Shown one piece after another: positions 24,631-64,000 of a stretch of DNA of 64,000 nucleotides. The position numbers were made by a program, and so were the translations under genes. Within the stretch, counting starts at the first letter, position 1. Each line of letters starts with the position of its first letter. The notes under the pieces are model-generated. The model searched no databases and was not told where the DNA came from. It was given only the letters and a program-made list of their open reading frames with translations. Location of the stretch: the NCBI GenBank assembly GCA_002269645.1, contig NIVC01002007.1, positions 1 through 64,000 on the forward strand, in the 5' to 3' direction. This stretch comes from Macrostomum lignano. Its lineage: Eukaryota.

Positions 24631-25599
24631 CCCTCTCCATTTCTCATCGGGCGCAGCCATATTGGTTAGTTAGGAACCCTCCCTTCACGGGCCACTATCG
24701 TTGTCTCCATCTGTGTCGTTGGTTACCAAGCCATGCAGCAATTGCAGGCCAAAAGTCACAGAAGATAAAAAAATGGTCAAAGCCATCAAGCGTGCAGCAC
24801 AACAATTCTCCTAATTAGATGCGGACAATTCCTGAGCTCTTGGAACTGACATGGTGTCAGCTTACAATACGGGCGGCATTTGAACTGAAAAATGTCGACA
24901 ACGGAATCAAACTTGACGTGTTCGGCAATGCGAACAATGTCATATTTTGGCATGGATACAGAATGCGAATTTCAATAAATAAATTTGCCTTTTCATTCAC
25001 TGACTTTTCACGCTCAAATTAGTTCTGGGAAACTGTCAACATGAATTCGGGCCAGAGGCACAGGTGCACCGCGGCAACGAGATCAAACAAACAAATTTGC
25101 AAAACGAATTTGCAGTTATAAAAAAATTCTGATTTCGAAAATTACCTACAGATCCTGCACCTGCGCTCAAGCAGCAGAATTGCTCAGAGGCGTCAGGGCT
25201 GCAATGGCCAGTCAGCATTGACAGTCGCAGCGGGTGGTCCGTCTCGCTGCGGCTGGTCGGCAAACATCAAAAGCCAACTGAGATTTGCACCGTGTGCTGC
25301 GGAATGCCACCTGTAGAGGTGTTGAGGTAATTAACCCGGTCCAAACCGGCACGGAATAGCTCTGCAAATGCTTGCTCACAGCTGGGGCCGTTTAAGGCGA
25401 GGATCTTAAACTCCCTAGGGGATAAAATCAATAAAGGTGTTGCAGATATGGCAAACTGTTTGTGCTCATTCTCTGCTCAGCGGGTTACTGGGTGTTCGAA
25501 TCCGCAATCTAGCTCTGTTAGGGCACACTCGCAGTTCCATGCTGCTCAGGTATATGAAAAACAACAGGAAAATGTTTTCCAATCTCTCCCTGCTTCTCT

Positions 25600-25780
25600 A
25601 ATCTCTTCATGTTTCTCTAATCATCTCTCCCTGCTTATCTAATCTCTCCCTGCTTATCTAATCTCGCCCTGCTTCTCTAATCTCTCCCTGCTTCTCTAAT
25701 CTCTCCCTGCTTCTCTAATCTCTGCCTGCTTCTCTAATCTCTCCCTGATTCTCTAATCTCTCCGTGCTTCTCTAACCTCA
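25600..25780. repeat. 19-bp tandem repeat (CTTCTCTAATCTCTCCCTG)
   Basis: Direct tandem units. Confidence 0.88.
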
Positions 25781-26754
25781 ACAATAGAATCGCAACCTGT
25801 GTTTCTAATCTCTTTCTAACGGTTTCTAGTTTCTCCAATCTCTCTCACATCTCTATATCACTTTCACCTAGCGTGCTCATATAATCACACAAAACAGACA
25901 AACAGCCAAGGCCCACAAACACAATGACCTCCCGGTTGCATCTGATCCCGAGCTCATCCGACAAAGGTGGAATTTCAGTAGCTAGCGAGCAAAGAATCAA
26001 CAGCTCAAAATTCGGTGTTGATAAACCACAGCTCGATCGAGTCAATAAAAGCTTACAGTCATTCCCGGAGGTATCTCAGGTCTATCAACTCGAAGATCTA
26101 CGAAGTGGCAGCTCAAATTTCACTGATCGGACTCAAGCAAACATTTTCTATTATTATGATATTTTTAAAACGAAAAACATAACCGTTTTATGAGCTCAAA
26201 TATTGGAATGAAATATTTATTGGCCGTTGTGTCTAACGAACGGGCCTTCATAAATCCATCAAAAATAGCCGCGGGGGTTCCGTCTAGATAAAAATATTAA
26301 TCATCAAATTCCCATTGTGCGGCCCCGAGGTGAGAATAGCGCCTCACTATGCCCACCAGTTTAAGTCAGTTATTCGAGTTTCACAATGTTTTTTGATAGT
26401 GAGGTGCGATATGCAAACTCCAATGCGAATATGCAATTGCTCCGGGTATTGTTGTTTTCGAATAATTGTCGTTTTGGTGACGTAATAATCGATTGAAACT
26501 CGAATAGCTGGAGTGCGGTGATGGTGCAATAATGGAGACTGTTATTGGGTTGGGGGTGGCATCCGTGAGTTTGGTAAAGCGGCACGGGACTGCAGTGTTT
26601 TAAAAGCTATTGCAGTGCCTTTAGCCTGGTTCGGTCAAGTTTCACATTCCCGCAATTTCGAAGTTTCTTCAAACTGAAATTTCATAAACAATATGCATTA
26701 TAAACGCAGGGGCTTGATAAACATGAAGTTTTGCGAATCCTGAAGCTTAACTGT

Positions 26755-27385
26755 CCTGAAGTTTCTCAGTCCTGAAGTTTAATTGTTTAATTGTTTAATT
26801 GTTTAATGTTTAATGTTTAATTGTTCAGTATCATGAAGTTTCTCAGTCCTGAAGTTTCACTCTACTGAAGTTTCTCAATCCTGAAGTTTCACTGTCCTGA
26901 AGTTTCACTGTCCTGAAGTTTCTCAGTCCTGAAGTTTCACTCTACTGAAGTTTCTCAATCCTGAAGTTTCACTGTCCTGAATTTCACTGTCCTGAAGTTT
27001 CTCAGTCCTGAAGTTTCACTCTACTGAAGTTTCTCAATCCTGAAGTCTCACTGTCCTGAAGTTTCACAGTCCTGAAGTTTCACTGTCCTGAAGTTTCACT
27101 GTCCTGAAGTTTCACTGTCCTGAAGTTTCACTGTCCTGAAGTTTCTCAGTCCTGAAGTTTCACTCTACTGAAGTTTCTCAATCCTGAAGTCTCACTGTCC
27201 TGAAGTTTCACTCTACTGAAGTTTCTCAGTCCTGATGTTTCACTCTACTGAAGTTTCTCAATCTTGAAGTTTCACTGTCCTGAAGTTTCTCAGTCCTGAA
27301 GTTTCACTCTACTGAAGTTTCTCAATCCTGAAGTTTCACTGTCCTGAAGTTTCACTGTCCTGAAGTTTCTCAGTCCTGAAGTATC
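26755..27385. repeat. 16-bp minisatellite (GTTTCACTGTCCTGAA and variants)
   Basis: Direct tandem units. Confidence 0.93.
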
Positions 27386-28189
27386 ATGAATCCTGAAGTT
27401 GCAAAAGAACCTGAATTTTACAAACCAGAGTTTCCCTAAACCTCAAACTCTAACTCAGAACACGGAACAGCAGACTCGCGAAAGCTCATTAGCTTAAGGT
27501 TTAAACAAAAAATTGACCCCTTCATTTTTTCCGCCATCCAAGGCTGTCAGTTTCTGAGCCGCTTGGATCAGTTGAGACACAAACTTGACTGTGTAATCCA
27601 ATAGTTTGTTGCCAGCAGCTCTACCAAATCCTTCATCACTCAAACTCAAACCCGGTGTAAACTTTTTAAGCTCAACTTATCGAAGCGAGCAAAGTCACGG
27701 ATTGGAAACTAATCTGGAATTCCAAGTTAATTCTATGGAATCTTAGGATTCAAAATTCGAAAGTAGCAATAGCAATTGCAGGGGTTAGTAAAATAGTTCG
27801 ACAAATTTTCGTCAACAATATACAGAGAGAGAACACACTGGCATTAACAATCAATAAATACTGCCCAGTATAAATATATCCCAAATTCCTTGAAGGCAAA
27901 TAAACAAAATCCACTTACAACAATGTTTAGCGCGTGTCATTTTGTAAGGGGGAAGTCCCTTCGGGATCTGTGGACTTGGGGGAATTGTTTATAAACTGTG
28001 CTTAAAGAATCTGTGCTTGGCTGCCTGCAGCTGGGAGGAGTCTGACAGGGGGTTGAAAGCTCTCTGTGCGATCTGGAATTGAAATGTGCGATTTCTCCGA
28101 TCGAGTTTCCCATGTTTAATGACATTCATCCAGTCCTCGTCAGTTTTATAACACGATTCTTTTATTTTCTTGGGTTCCTTAAGATCTGT

Positions 28190-28920
28190 CAAAATTCCCC
28201 TCTGATTCTATCTCTAATGGTTTATCCCAATTCCCCTCTGATTCTATCTCTAATGGTTTATCCCAATGCCCCTCTGATTCTCTCTCTAATGGTTTATCCC
28301 AATGCCCCTCTGATTCTCTCTCTAATGATTTATCCCAATTCCCCCCTGATTCTCTCTCTAATGGTTTATCCCAATTCCCCTCTGATTCTCTCTCTAATGG
28401 TTTATCCCAATTCCCCTCTGATTCTCTCTCTAATGATTTATCCCAATTCCCCCCTGATTCTCTCTCTAATGGTTTATCCCAATTCCCCTCTGATTCTCTC
28501 TCTAATGATTTATCCCAATTCCCCCCTGATTCTATCTCTAATGGTTTATCCCAATTCCCCTCTGATTCTCTCTCTAATGGTTTATCCCAATTCCCCTCTG
28601 ATTCTCTGTTTTTGTCTCTAATGATTCATCCCAATTTCCCTCTGATTCTCTGTAATGATTCATCCCAATTCCCTTTGATTCTCTCTAGTGATTCATCCCA
28701 ATTTCCCTCTGATTCTCTGTAATGATTCATCCCAATTCCCTTTGATTCTCTCTAGTGATTCATCCCAATTCCCCTCTGATTCTCACGCTTATGGTTTCTC
28801 CCAATTCCCCTCTGATTCTCTCGCTTATGGTTTCTCCCAATTCCCCTCTGATTCTTTCGCTTATGGTTTCTCCCAATTCCCCTCTGATTCTCTCGCTTAT
28901 GATTTCTCCCAATTCCCACT
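28190..28920. repeat. 36-bp minisatellite (TATCCCAATTCCCCTCTGATTCTCTCTCTAATGGTT) grading into variant units
   Basis: Direct tandem units. Confidence 0.93.
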
Positions 28921-29789
28921 TTCCATTCCTAGCCTACCGAACCCGTAACTTACTATATCCCTCCTCAAGGGGGCACAGCTGTCCCCATAGCAACGGCCCC
29001 GTAACGCACCATAAAATAGTTTGGCACCTGAGAGGGGAACTCCGGGCCAGACAAGCTCAAAAAGATTAGCGAGTTCGAGCTGAGCTGTTTTTTTGCTTTC
29101 GCCTAACAAACAAAATGATGCAACCGAGAACCGGTGTGCAGGGGGGGCATTGTTTAGTTGCTTGGCAATTGTGTGTTTGGCACAAAATTCCGGTGAGCTG
29201 TTGGGGGAGGAAGGGTCTCCGTGGGCTCGTTGCCAAACAGCCCCGTCTCACTTAAGTCGACAAAATTGATTGAGAAGAAACCCTCTCTAGCTAGGATATA
29301 TATTGCCCCCCCCCCCAGGTAATATTTATTCGACAAGTCCTAGATCCCAATCTCGGTTGCTAGGCGGGAACTGCGCGGCCTGGATATTGAGCCAAGCGCG
29401 CTGATCTCGTATAATAAGCAACTATAGAAGCGGCAGTGAGTCGCCAAACCCCCTCCCCTGTAGGCAAATAGCAGGTCTCAATGCAAAATACAGTTGGGTA
29501 ATCTCCCCCCCCCCCAGCTCACGTGATGAGCACAGTTGACGGACATGAGGGCAGTTAACTTTGTGCGTGTGAGCTTCGCTCAATGGCTGAGCTCACTTGG
29601 CTGGCAGTGAGCCAAGTAGCTAACAGTTGGCGTTGTTGAGTCTGTCAACTGACTCAGGTCTGGTGGCAGTGCCGTCTTGCCATCCGAGCCAAGTTGTAGT
29701 TCGTTGCACTAAATATACATCTAAAGTGTGAAACAGTTCTTAGATGAATACTTTAAAGAAAAATTGGTTGACTCTTTTCACTGTAAAAT

Positions 29790-30180
29790 CTCTCCCTATT
29801 CCCTCCTCCCTCACCCTCTCTCTACCCTCCTCCCTCATCCTCTCCCTACCCTCCTCCCTCACCCTCTCTACCCTCCTCCCTCACCCTCTCTACCCTCCTC
29901 CCTCACCCTCTCTACCCTCCTCCCTCACCCTCTCTACCCACCTCGCTCACCCTCTCTACCCTCCTCCCTCACCCTCTCTACCCTCCTCCCTCACCCTCTC
30001 TACCCTCCTCCCCCACACTCTCTACCTTCCTCCCTCACCCTCTCTACCCTCCTCCCCCACACTCTCTACCTTCCTCCCTCACCCTCTCTACCCTCCTCCC
30101 TCACCCTCTCGACCCTTCTCCCTCTCCGTCTCTACCCTCCTCCCTCACCCTCATTCTACCCTCCTCCACCCTCTCCACTC
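29790..30180. repeat. 22-bp C-rich minisatellite (CCCTCCTCCCTCACCCTCTCTA)
   Basis: Direct tandem units. Confidence 0.92.
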
Positions 30181-31247
30181 ACTGGACTCACGGATCAAAC
30201 AAATTCAAATATAAAAAAATACTTGTAAGTAAACTTTATACACCTATTTTATATTGTCAGACACGTGTCAGTCTGTCAGTGTATTTTGTGTACTTCAAGC
30301 AATAGGCTAGATCGGCCTCATCCCTGCTCAAGAACAAATGACACAGTTGTCAAGCTGAAGAGCTGAAAGAAAAATGATGAGTTGTGAAGAACACCACCAG
30401 CATGAGAGGCGGCTGTGCGCATAGGAGAACCGATGTATAAACGAGGATTAATCTAGGCTAAAGCGCTTCAATCCAGCAGAGAAAAAATACTAAAAACAGG
30501 TAAAATTATGGGCAAACAGCTTAATGAATAATGTACAGAACAGTAGTTAAATCAGTTTGGCCCCAAACAGATAGAGCAACATTCTGAACATTAATTCACT
30601 GCCCTTTTCTCGATTTTTTAAATTGATTTTATTCGTCATGCGCCAAGTTAGCTACTGCTCCGCAGCTTTTAAGTAGAGCTGTGAACATTTAATTTCTAAA
30701 ATGTTGAAATCAGATTTTAAAAAGCTGCAAAGTACAACATCATGAGCATAATAAAGTAACTTCAAAGGTGGGTTGAAAAGTGTGGAAGCTGACTAAAAAT
30801 CTGGAGGAGTCACTGCAGAGTTGAGTGGCCAAATAATAATATCAACAGTCAATATGGAGATTGGAGGAAAAGTGACAATGAGATTATAGTCATGCAGAAC
30901 CACACATAGACAGGAGAAAAGCACAGTGAGGCGTAAAAAGCATAAATTACGGCTGCCTTTCGCATTTCGCCTACTAATATAAGTAGGCAAAGCGCTGGTC
31001 CGTTAGTAGCGAAACAGGGATATATTCAATCTGAATACAAAGGAATTCTGAAGACAAGATTATAAGCAGACAATTTGAGCTAAAAATTTTCTGTGCAGGA
31101 ACTTTGCACTTTAAGGCCTAATAATAAGGATTAATAAAATAATTGGTGCTTCCTAAATTTCATCTGGGTCCTACAGATGTGTCGCTCAATCATTAAAACT
31201 CAAGGACCCTCGGGTGGGCCAATCCACTGAAATACAGGGAGCTTCAG

Positions 31248-31580
31248 GTGAAGGCACCAGCAGAAATACAGGGAGCTTCAGGTGAAGGCACCAGCAGAAA
31301 TACAGGGAGCTTCAGGTGAAGGCACCAGCAGAAAAACAGGGAGCTTCAGGTGAAGGCACCAGCAGAAATACAGGGAGCTTCAGGTGAAGGCACCAGCTGA
31401 AATACAGGGAGCTTCAGGTGAAGGCACCAGCTGAAATACAGGGACCTTCAGGTGCAGGCACCAGCTGAAATACAGGGACCTTCAGGCGCAGGCACCAGCT
31501 GAGATACAGGGACCTTCAGGTGCAGGCACCAGCTGAAATACAGGGACCTTCAGGTGCAGGCACCAGCTGAAATACAGGGA
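31248..31580. repeat. 34-bp tandem repeat (AAATACAGGGAGCTTCAGGTGAAGGCACCAGCAG), ~10 units, just 3' of the KASH-gene stop
   Basis: Direct tandem units, no spacers. Confidence 0.92.
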
Positions 31581-31624
31581 CCCTGAGCCCTCTAAAACCC
31601 AGTCTGAGCACGGCAGTGCAGGAC

Positions 31625-60734
<29,110 letters not shown>

Positions 60735-61754
60735 CTGGTCTGGGAAGCTTCTGCTGGCAGAATGTTGAGTCTGGAATTGACGAGATGACGGTGCACTCTG
60801 ATAATTTGAGCTGTTCGGCTTCAAATCCATTCCGATCTCAACTTTGTAGTGCATGTGCACTCCAGACGGGGACTCTGTGGTTGCCATGGAAACTGCAGAA
60901 GCGTTGCTGGCGTTATTTCCGCTCCGACTACTGCAACAGCGGCAGACTGCGGTGCAACCGGGCTCCCGCAAGGAGCTTCTGGGTGCCACATGAAGCCAGC
61001 CTTCGTTCGCTTGCAAACCAAAGACCGGCTGACACCTGCTGCAAGCAGGCACCCCGTCAGAGCCACGTGACATCACACAGCCCTCTTAAGAAGGTACCAT
61101 GCCGTTTGGATGAAAGTTGCTGCGACAAAAAATATTTTTAACTCTGCGCCAAGCGCCGTTCTATCAGCGGTCAGAGCTCAGGCCCCGGGGCAGTTTTCTT
61201 ATTTAAGTCTTTTTTGCTACAGAGAAACACCGCTGGGAATGTCGTCGCCTTTCTCTGCGGGTAGCCCGGCAGAGTGGGCATCACAATGGACCTCGCCCTT
61301 CATAATGCACCTGCTCGATCGTTGAGTTGAAAAATTGGCTAAGAATTACATACACAGAGAGAGAGGCAGAGGGGGGAGAGAAGGGAGTCATTTATGGTTT
61401 ATTGCTGCGAAGAGACATCGCTCGGAAGGAGAGGCTGGAGGCCTGGCCCAAGTTTGGACTCAAAAGATGCATCAAGCAACAATGGGTCCCAATTCTGCTT
61501 GATGAATAGAGAATAGCAAAAACTGCGGCAACTCGTGACCCTCTTGTTGCTTTGTTGAAAAAAGTGGACATCATTGAGAGTAGAATGCCGCTGCTAAGCT
61601 TGAATTAATAATTAAAGTCCATTTTGCTTTTGCAAATTATTGCGGATTTACAATAATATTTTTCATTCTTAAAATTCTTGATATTGTAAACGATATTTTC
61701 AGGTTTTAAATGGCCTGAGTGCAGAACTCAGAACTTAGATTCAGAAAGCTGATC

Positions 61755-62560
61755 TGAGGGTCAGTAGGTCAGTGAGTTTAGAAATCTGTGGGTCAGTGAG
61801 TTTAGGATTCTGTGGGTCAGTGAGTTTAGAAATATGTGGGTCAGTGAGTTTAGGAATCTGTGGGTCAGTGAGTTTAGGATTCTGTGGGCCAGAGAGTTTA
61901 GGAATCTGTGGGTCAGTGAGTCTAGGATTTTGTGGGTCAGAGAGTTTAGGAATCTGTGGGCCAGAGAGTTTAGAAATATGTGGGTCAGTGAGTTTAGGAA
62001 TCTGTGGGTCAGAGAGTTTAGGAATCTGTTGGCCAGAGTTTAGGAATCTGTGGGTCAGTGAGTTTAGGAATCTGTGGGTCAGAGAGTTTAGGAATCTGTG
62101 GGCCAGAGAGTTTAGAAATTTGTGGGTCAGTGAGTTTAGGAATCTGTGGGCCAGAGAGTTTAGGAATCTGTGGGTCAGTGAATCTAGGATTTTGTGGGCC
62201 AGAGAGTTTAGGATTCTGTGGGTCAGAGAGTTTAGGAATCTGTGGGTCAGTGAGTCTAGGATTTTGTGGGTCAGAGAGTTTAGGAATCTGTGGGCCAGAG
62301 AGTTTAGAAATCTGTGGGTCAGTGAGTTTAGGAATCTGTGGGTCAGAGAGTTTAGGAATCTGTGGGTCAGAGAGTTTAGGAATCTGTGGGTGAGAGAGTT
62401 TAGGAATTTGTGGGTCAGTGAGTTTAGGAATTTGTGGGTCAGTGAGTTTAAAAATCTGTGCGTCACTGAATTTAGGAATCTGTGGGTCAGTGAGTTTAGG
62501 AATCTGTGGGTCAGTGGGTCCAGGAATCTGTGGATCAATGAGGATTCTGTGGGTCAGTTG
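61755..62560. repeat. 24-bp minisatellite (GAGTTTAGGAATCTGTGGGTCAGT)
   Basis: Direct tandem units. Confidence 0.94.
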
Positions 62561-62738
62561 GTCTAGTAGCCTACGAAGTATGTGACTTACAAATGATTTG
62601 GTTAGAGATGAATGAACAATTTTTTTTTCGATTTCTTCTGCAATTAAAACCTCCAAATCTTTACCAGAGACTGACGAAATCCGTGGTCGCACGCTGGTTC
62701 AGGAGTTGTTTGCGAAAGTCTGCCGTCTATTCGTCTTC

Positions 62739-62780
62739 GTTTCCATGGCGACGATGTCGTTGGGTTGTTGCCATAGAAAC
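62739..62780. promoter_or_regulatory. Pair of RFX X-box consensus sites (GTTTCCATGGCGAC; GTTGCCATAGAAAC) at the presumed 5' end of the KASH gene
   Basis: Both fit GTHNYY-AT-RRNAAC on one strand. A minus-strand GTAAAG donor lies at 62664. Function is inferred. Confidence 0.55.
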
Positions 62781-63109
62781 AACAAATGCGACGCTTGCCG
62801 CTATTTTGAGCTGTTGAGAGCATCAATATAGATTGCGCTTAACAGACTCTGACGAGAAGATCTCGCCAAAAGTCGGGCCCGAAATCAGCATCTGGAGGCG
62901 TAGTGAGTTCTTAAATTGAAAAGGAAATTTATTAGGATCCCTCCTTGAGGAGGAAAATCATGGAGATCTGTAAACCCGTCGAAAGTTGAGTGCGAGGATT
63001 TTACTGAAATAATGAAAAAAGGTTTGAATTACTAAAACACAGTTTTGATGTTTCGGACGATTTTTTTGTTGAAAACTCGAAACAAAATATGATTTTTCGA
63101 TGCACCGAA

Positions 63110-63766
63110 ATTGTTACAAACAAAGACTACTCAGGTAAACTACGTTTCTCGGAAAATTTTACGTGGCAGGTTTTACCGAAATAATGCATTACGAAATAGG
63201 AGGTTTTCATTTTTCAACAAAAAAATCATTTTTTTGCGTTTGATATAGAAGAGAAACCTAATGGTCATATTTGGCTACGTCTGGCTTCTCTTATAGCTAG
63301 CTATTGATATTCATAGAGTTTTTTGTTAAGAAAATTAGGATTCTATGTTAATTTTATGTCCAACGTATAATCGCACATGTACTGCGGCTGAAAATCGCAA
63401 AAATGGCATTATAGCTACACTCATTCATTTAATTAATCTATTTTATGATTTCTAGATTTAATGACTGTGTAACAAAACGTGTACAGAATGATACAATGGA
63501 TTCATAAAACGTACGTACGTTATAAAATTAACATAGAATCCTAATTTTCTAAATGAAAAGCTTTATGAATATCAATATAGAGCTATAAGAAAGTCAAGAC
63601 ATATCAAAAGATGAAAACAGGGTCTGCCTTCTATCAAAAGCAATTTTTTCATTCTAAAAATGAAAACCTCCCCTCTCCGTAATGTATTTTTTTCTATAAA
63701 ATCAGCCTCCTAAATTTTCTAAGAAACCTACTTTTCCGTCCTACTTGAGTAGTCCTTGCTTACAAA
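63110..63766. mobile_element. AT-rich foldback/MITE-like element with ~250-bp imperfect inverted arms
   Basis: A perfect 29-bp inverted pair 63329-63357 / 63522-63550 plus further matching blocks outward (e.g. CATTACG..GGAGGTTTTCATTTTT / AAAAATGAAAACCTCC..CGTAATG). No ORF; TSD not identified. Confidence 0.75.
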
Positions 63767-64000
63767 ATAAAAAAATAGAAATTTTTGAAACTAGCTTCTT
63801 AAATAGAAGCATTTATTATCAAAACAGCATCATTATTTTACTGAAATAATTATCTTATTGCAAGAGATAGTAAATATGAAGTCCGGATTGTCACTTTTAA
63901 GTGAAAAGATTGAATGAAAAGTAAATTTAAATCCAAAAGCAATATTAACAATTTAAGCATTATGTTAAACTTTCTAAAATGTTTCTAAATTTCGACAATA

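Noticed and set aside
23160-31000. Scattered short ORFs and possible exons (e.g. 23169-23213, 24690-24820, 25845-26193, 30793-30990)
   Set aside because: I could not assemble phase-consistent exons or recognise any domain; a hidden gene is not excluded.
31248-31580. 34-bp repeats of CRISPR-like length
   Set aside because: No spacers; a simple tandem array.

Overview
Eukaryotic (animal) genomic DNA, not prokaryotic: GC-rich spliced exons with GT..AG introns, and most introns filled by a private tandem repeat. This architecture suggests a flatworm such as Macrostomum (inference, not verified). Manual splicing gave four protein-coding genes. (1) A two-exon rhodopsin-class GPCR (388-2950, +) with a ~300-aa Ala-rich third intracellular loop, followed by a frameshifted duplicate of its exon 2 (7555-8317). 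(2) A two-exon PDZ-domain protein (21482-19118, -). (3) A gene of at least 15 exons and ~1,400 aa encoding a spectrin-like, C-terminal KASH-type (nesprin/Klarsicht-like) protein (at least 60734 down to 31625, -), with every exon junction phase-compatible. (4) A complete kinesin light chain gene (46996-49738, +) nested antisense inside one intron of that KASH-type gene. Also present: tRNA-Gln(CTG), a CORE-type SINE, a decayed BEL/Pao LTR retrotransposon, a foldback/MITE-like element and about 30 mini/microsatellite arrays. Most long ORFs in the supplied track are artefacts of these arrays. Top lead: a kinesin-1 light chain sits inside the gene for a nuclear-envelope adaptor of the class that recruits it. 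The light chain lacks the LFP autoinhibitory motif, and RFX X-box-like sites lie near the 5' ends of both genes.
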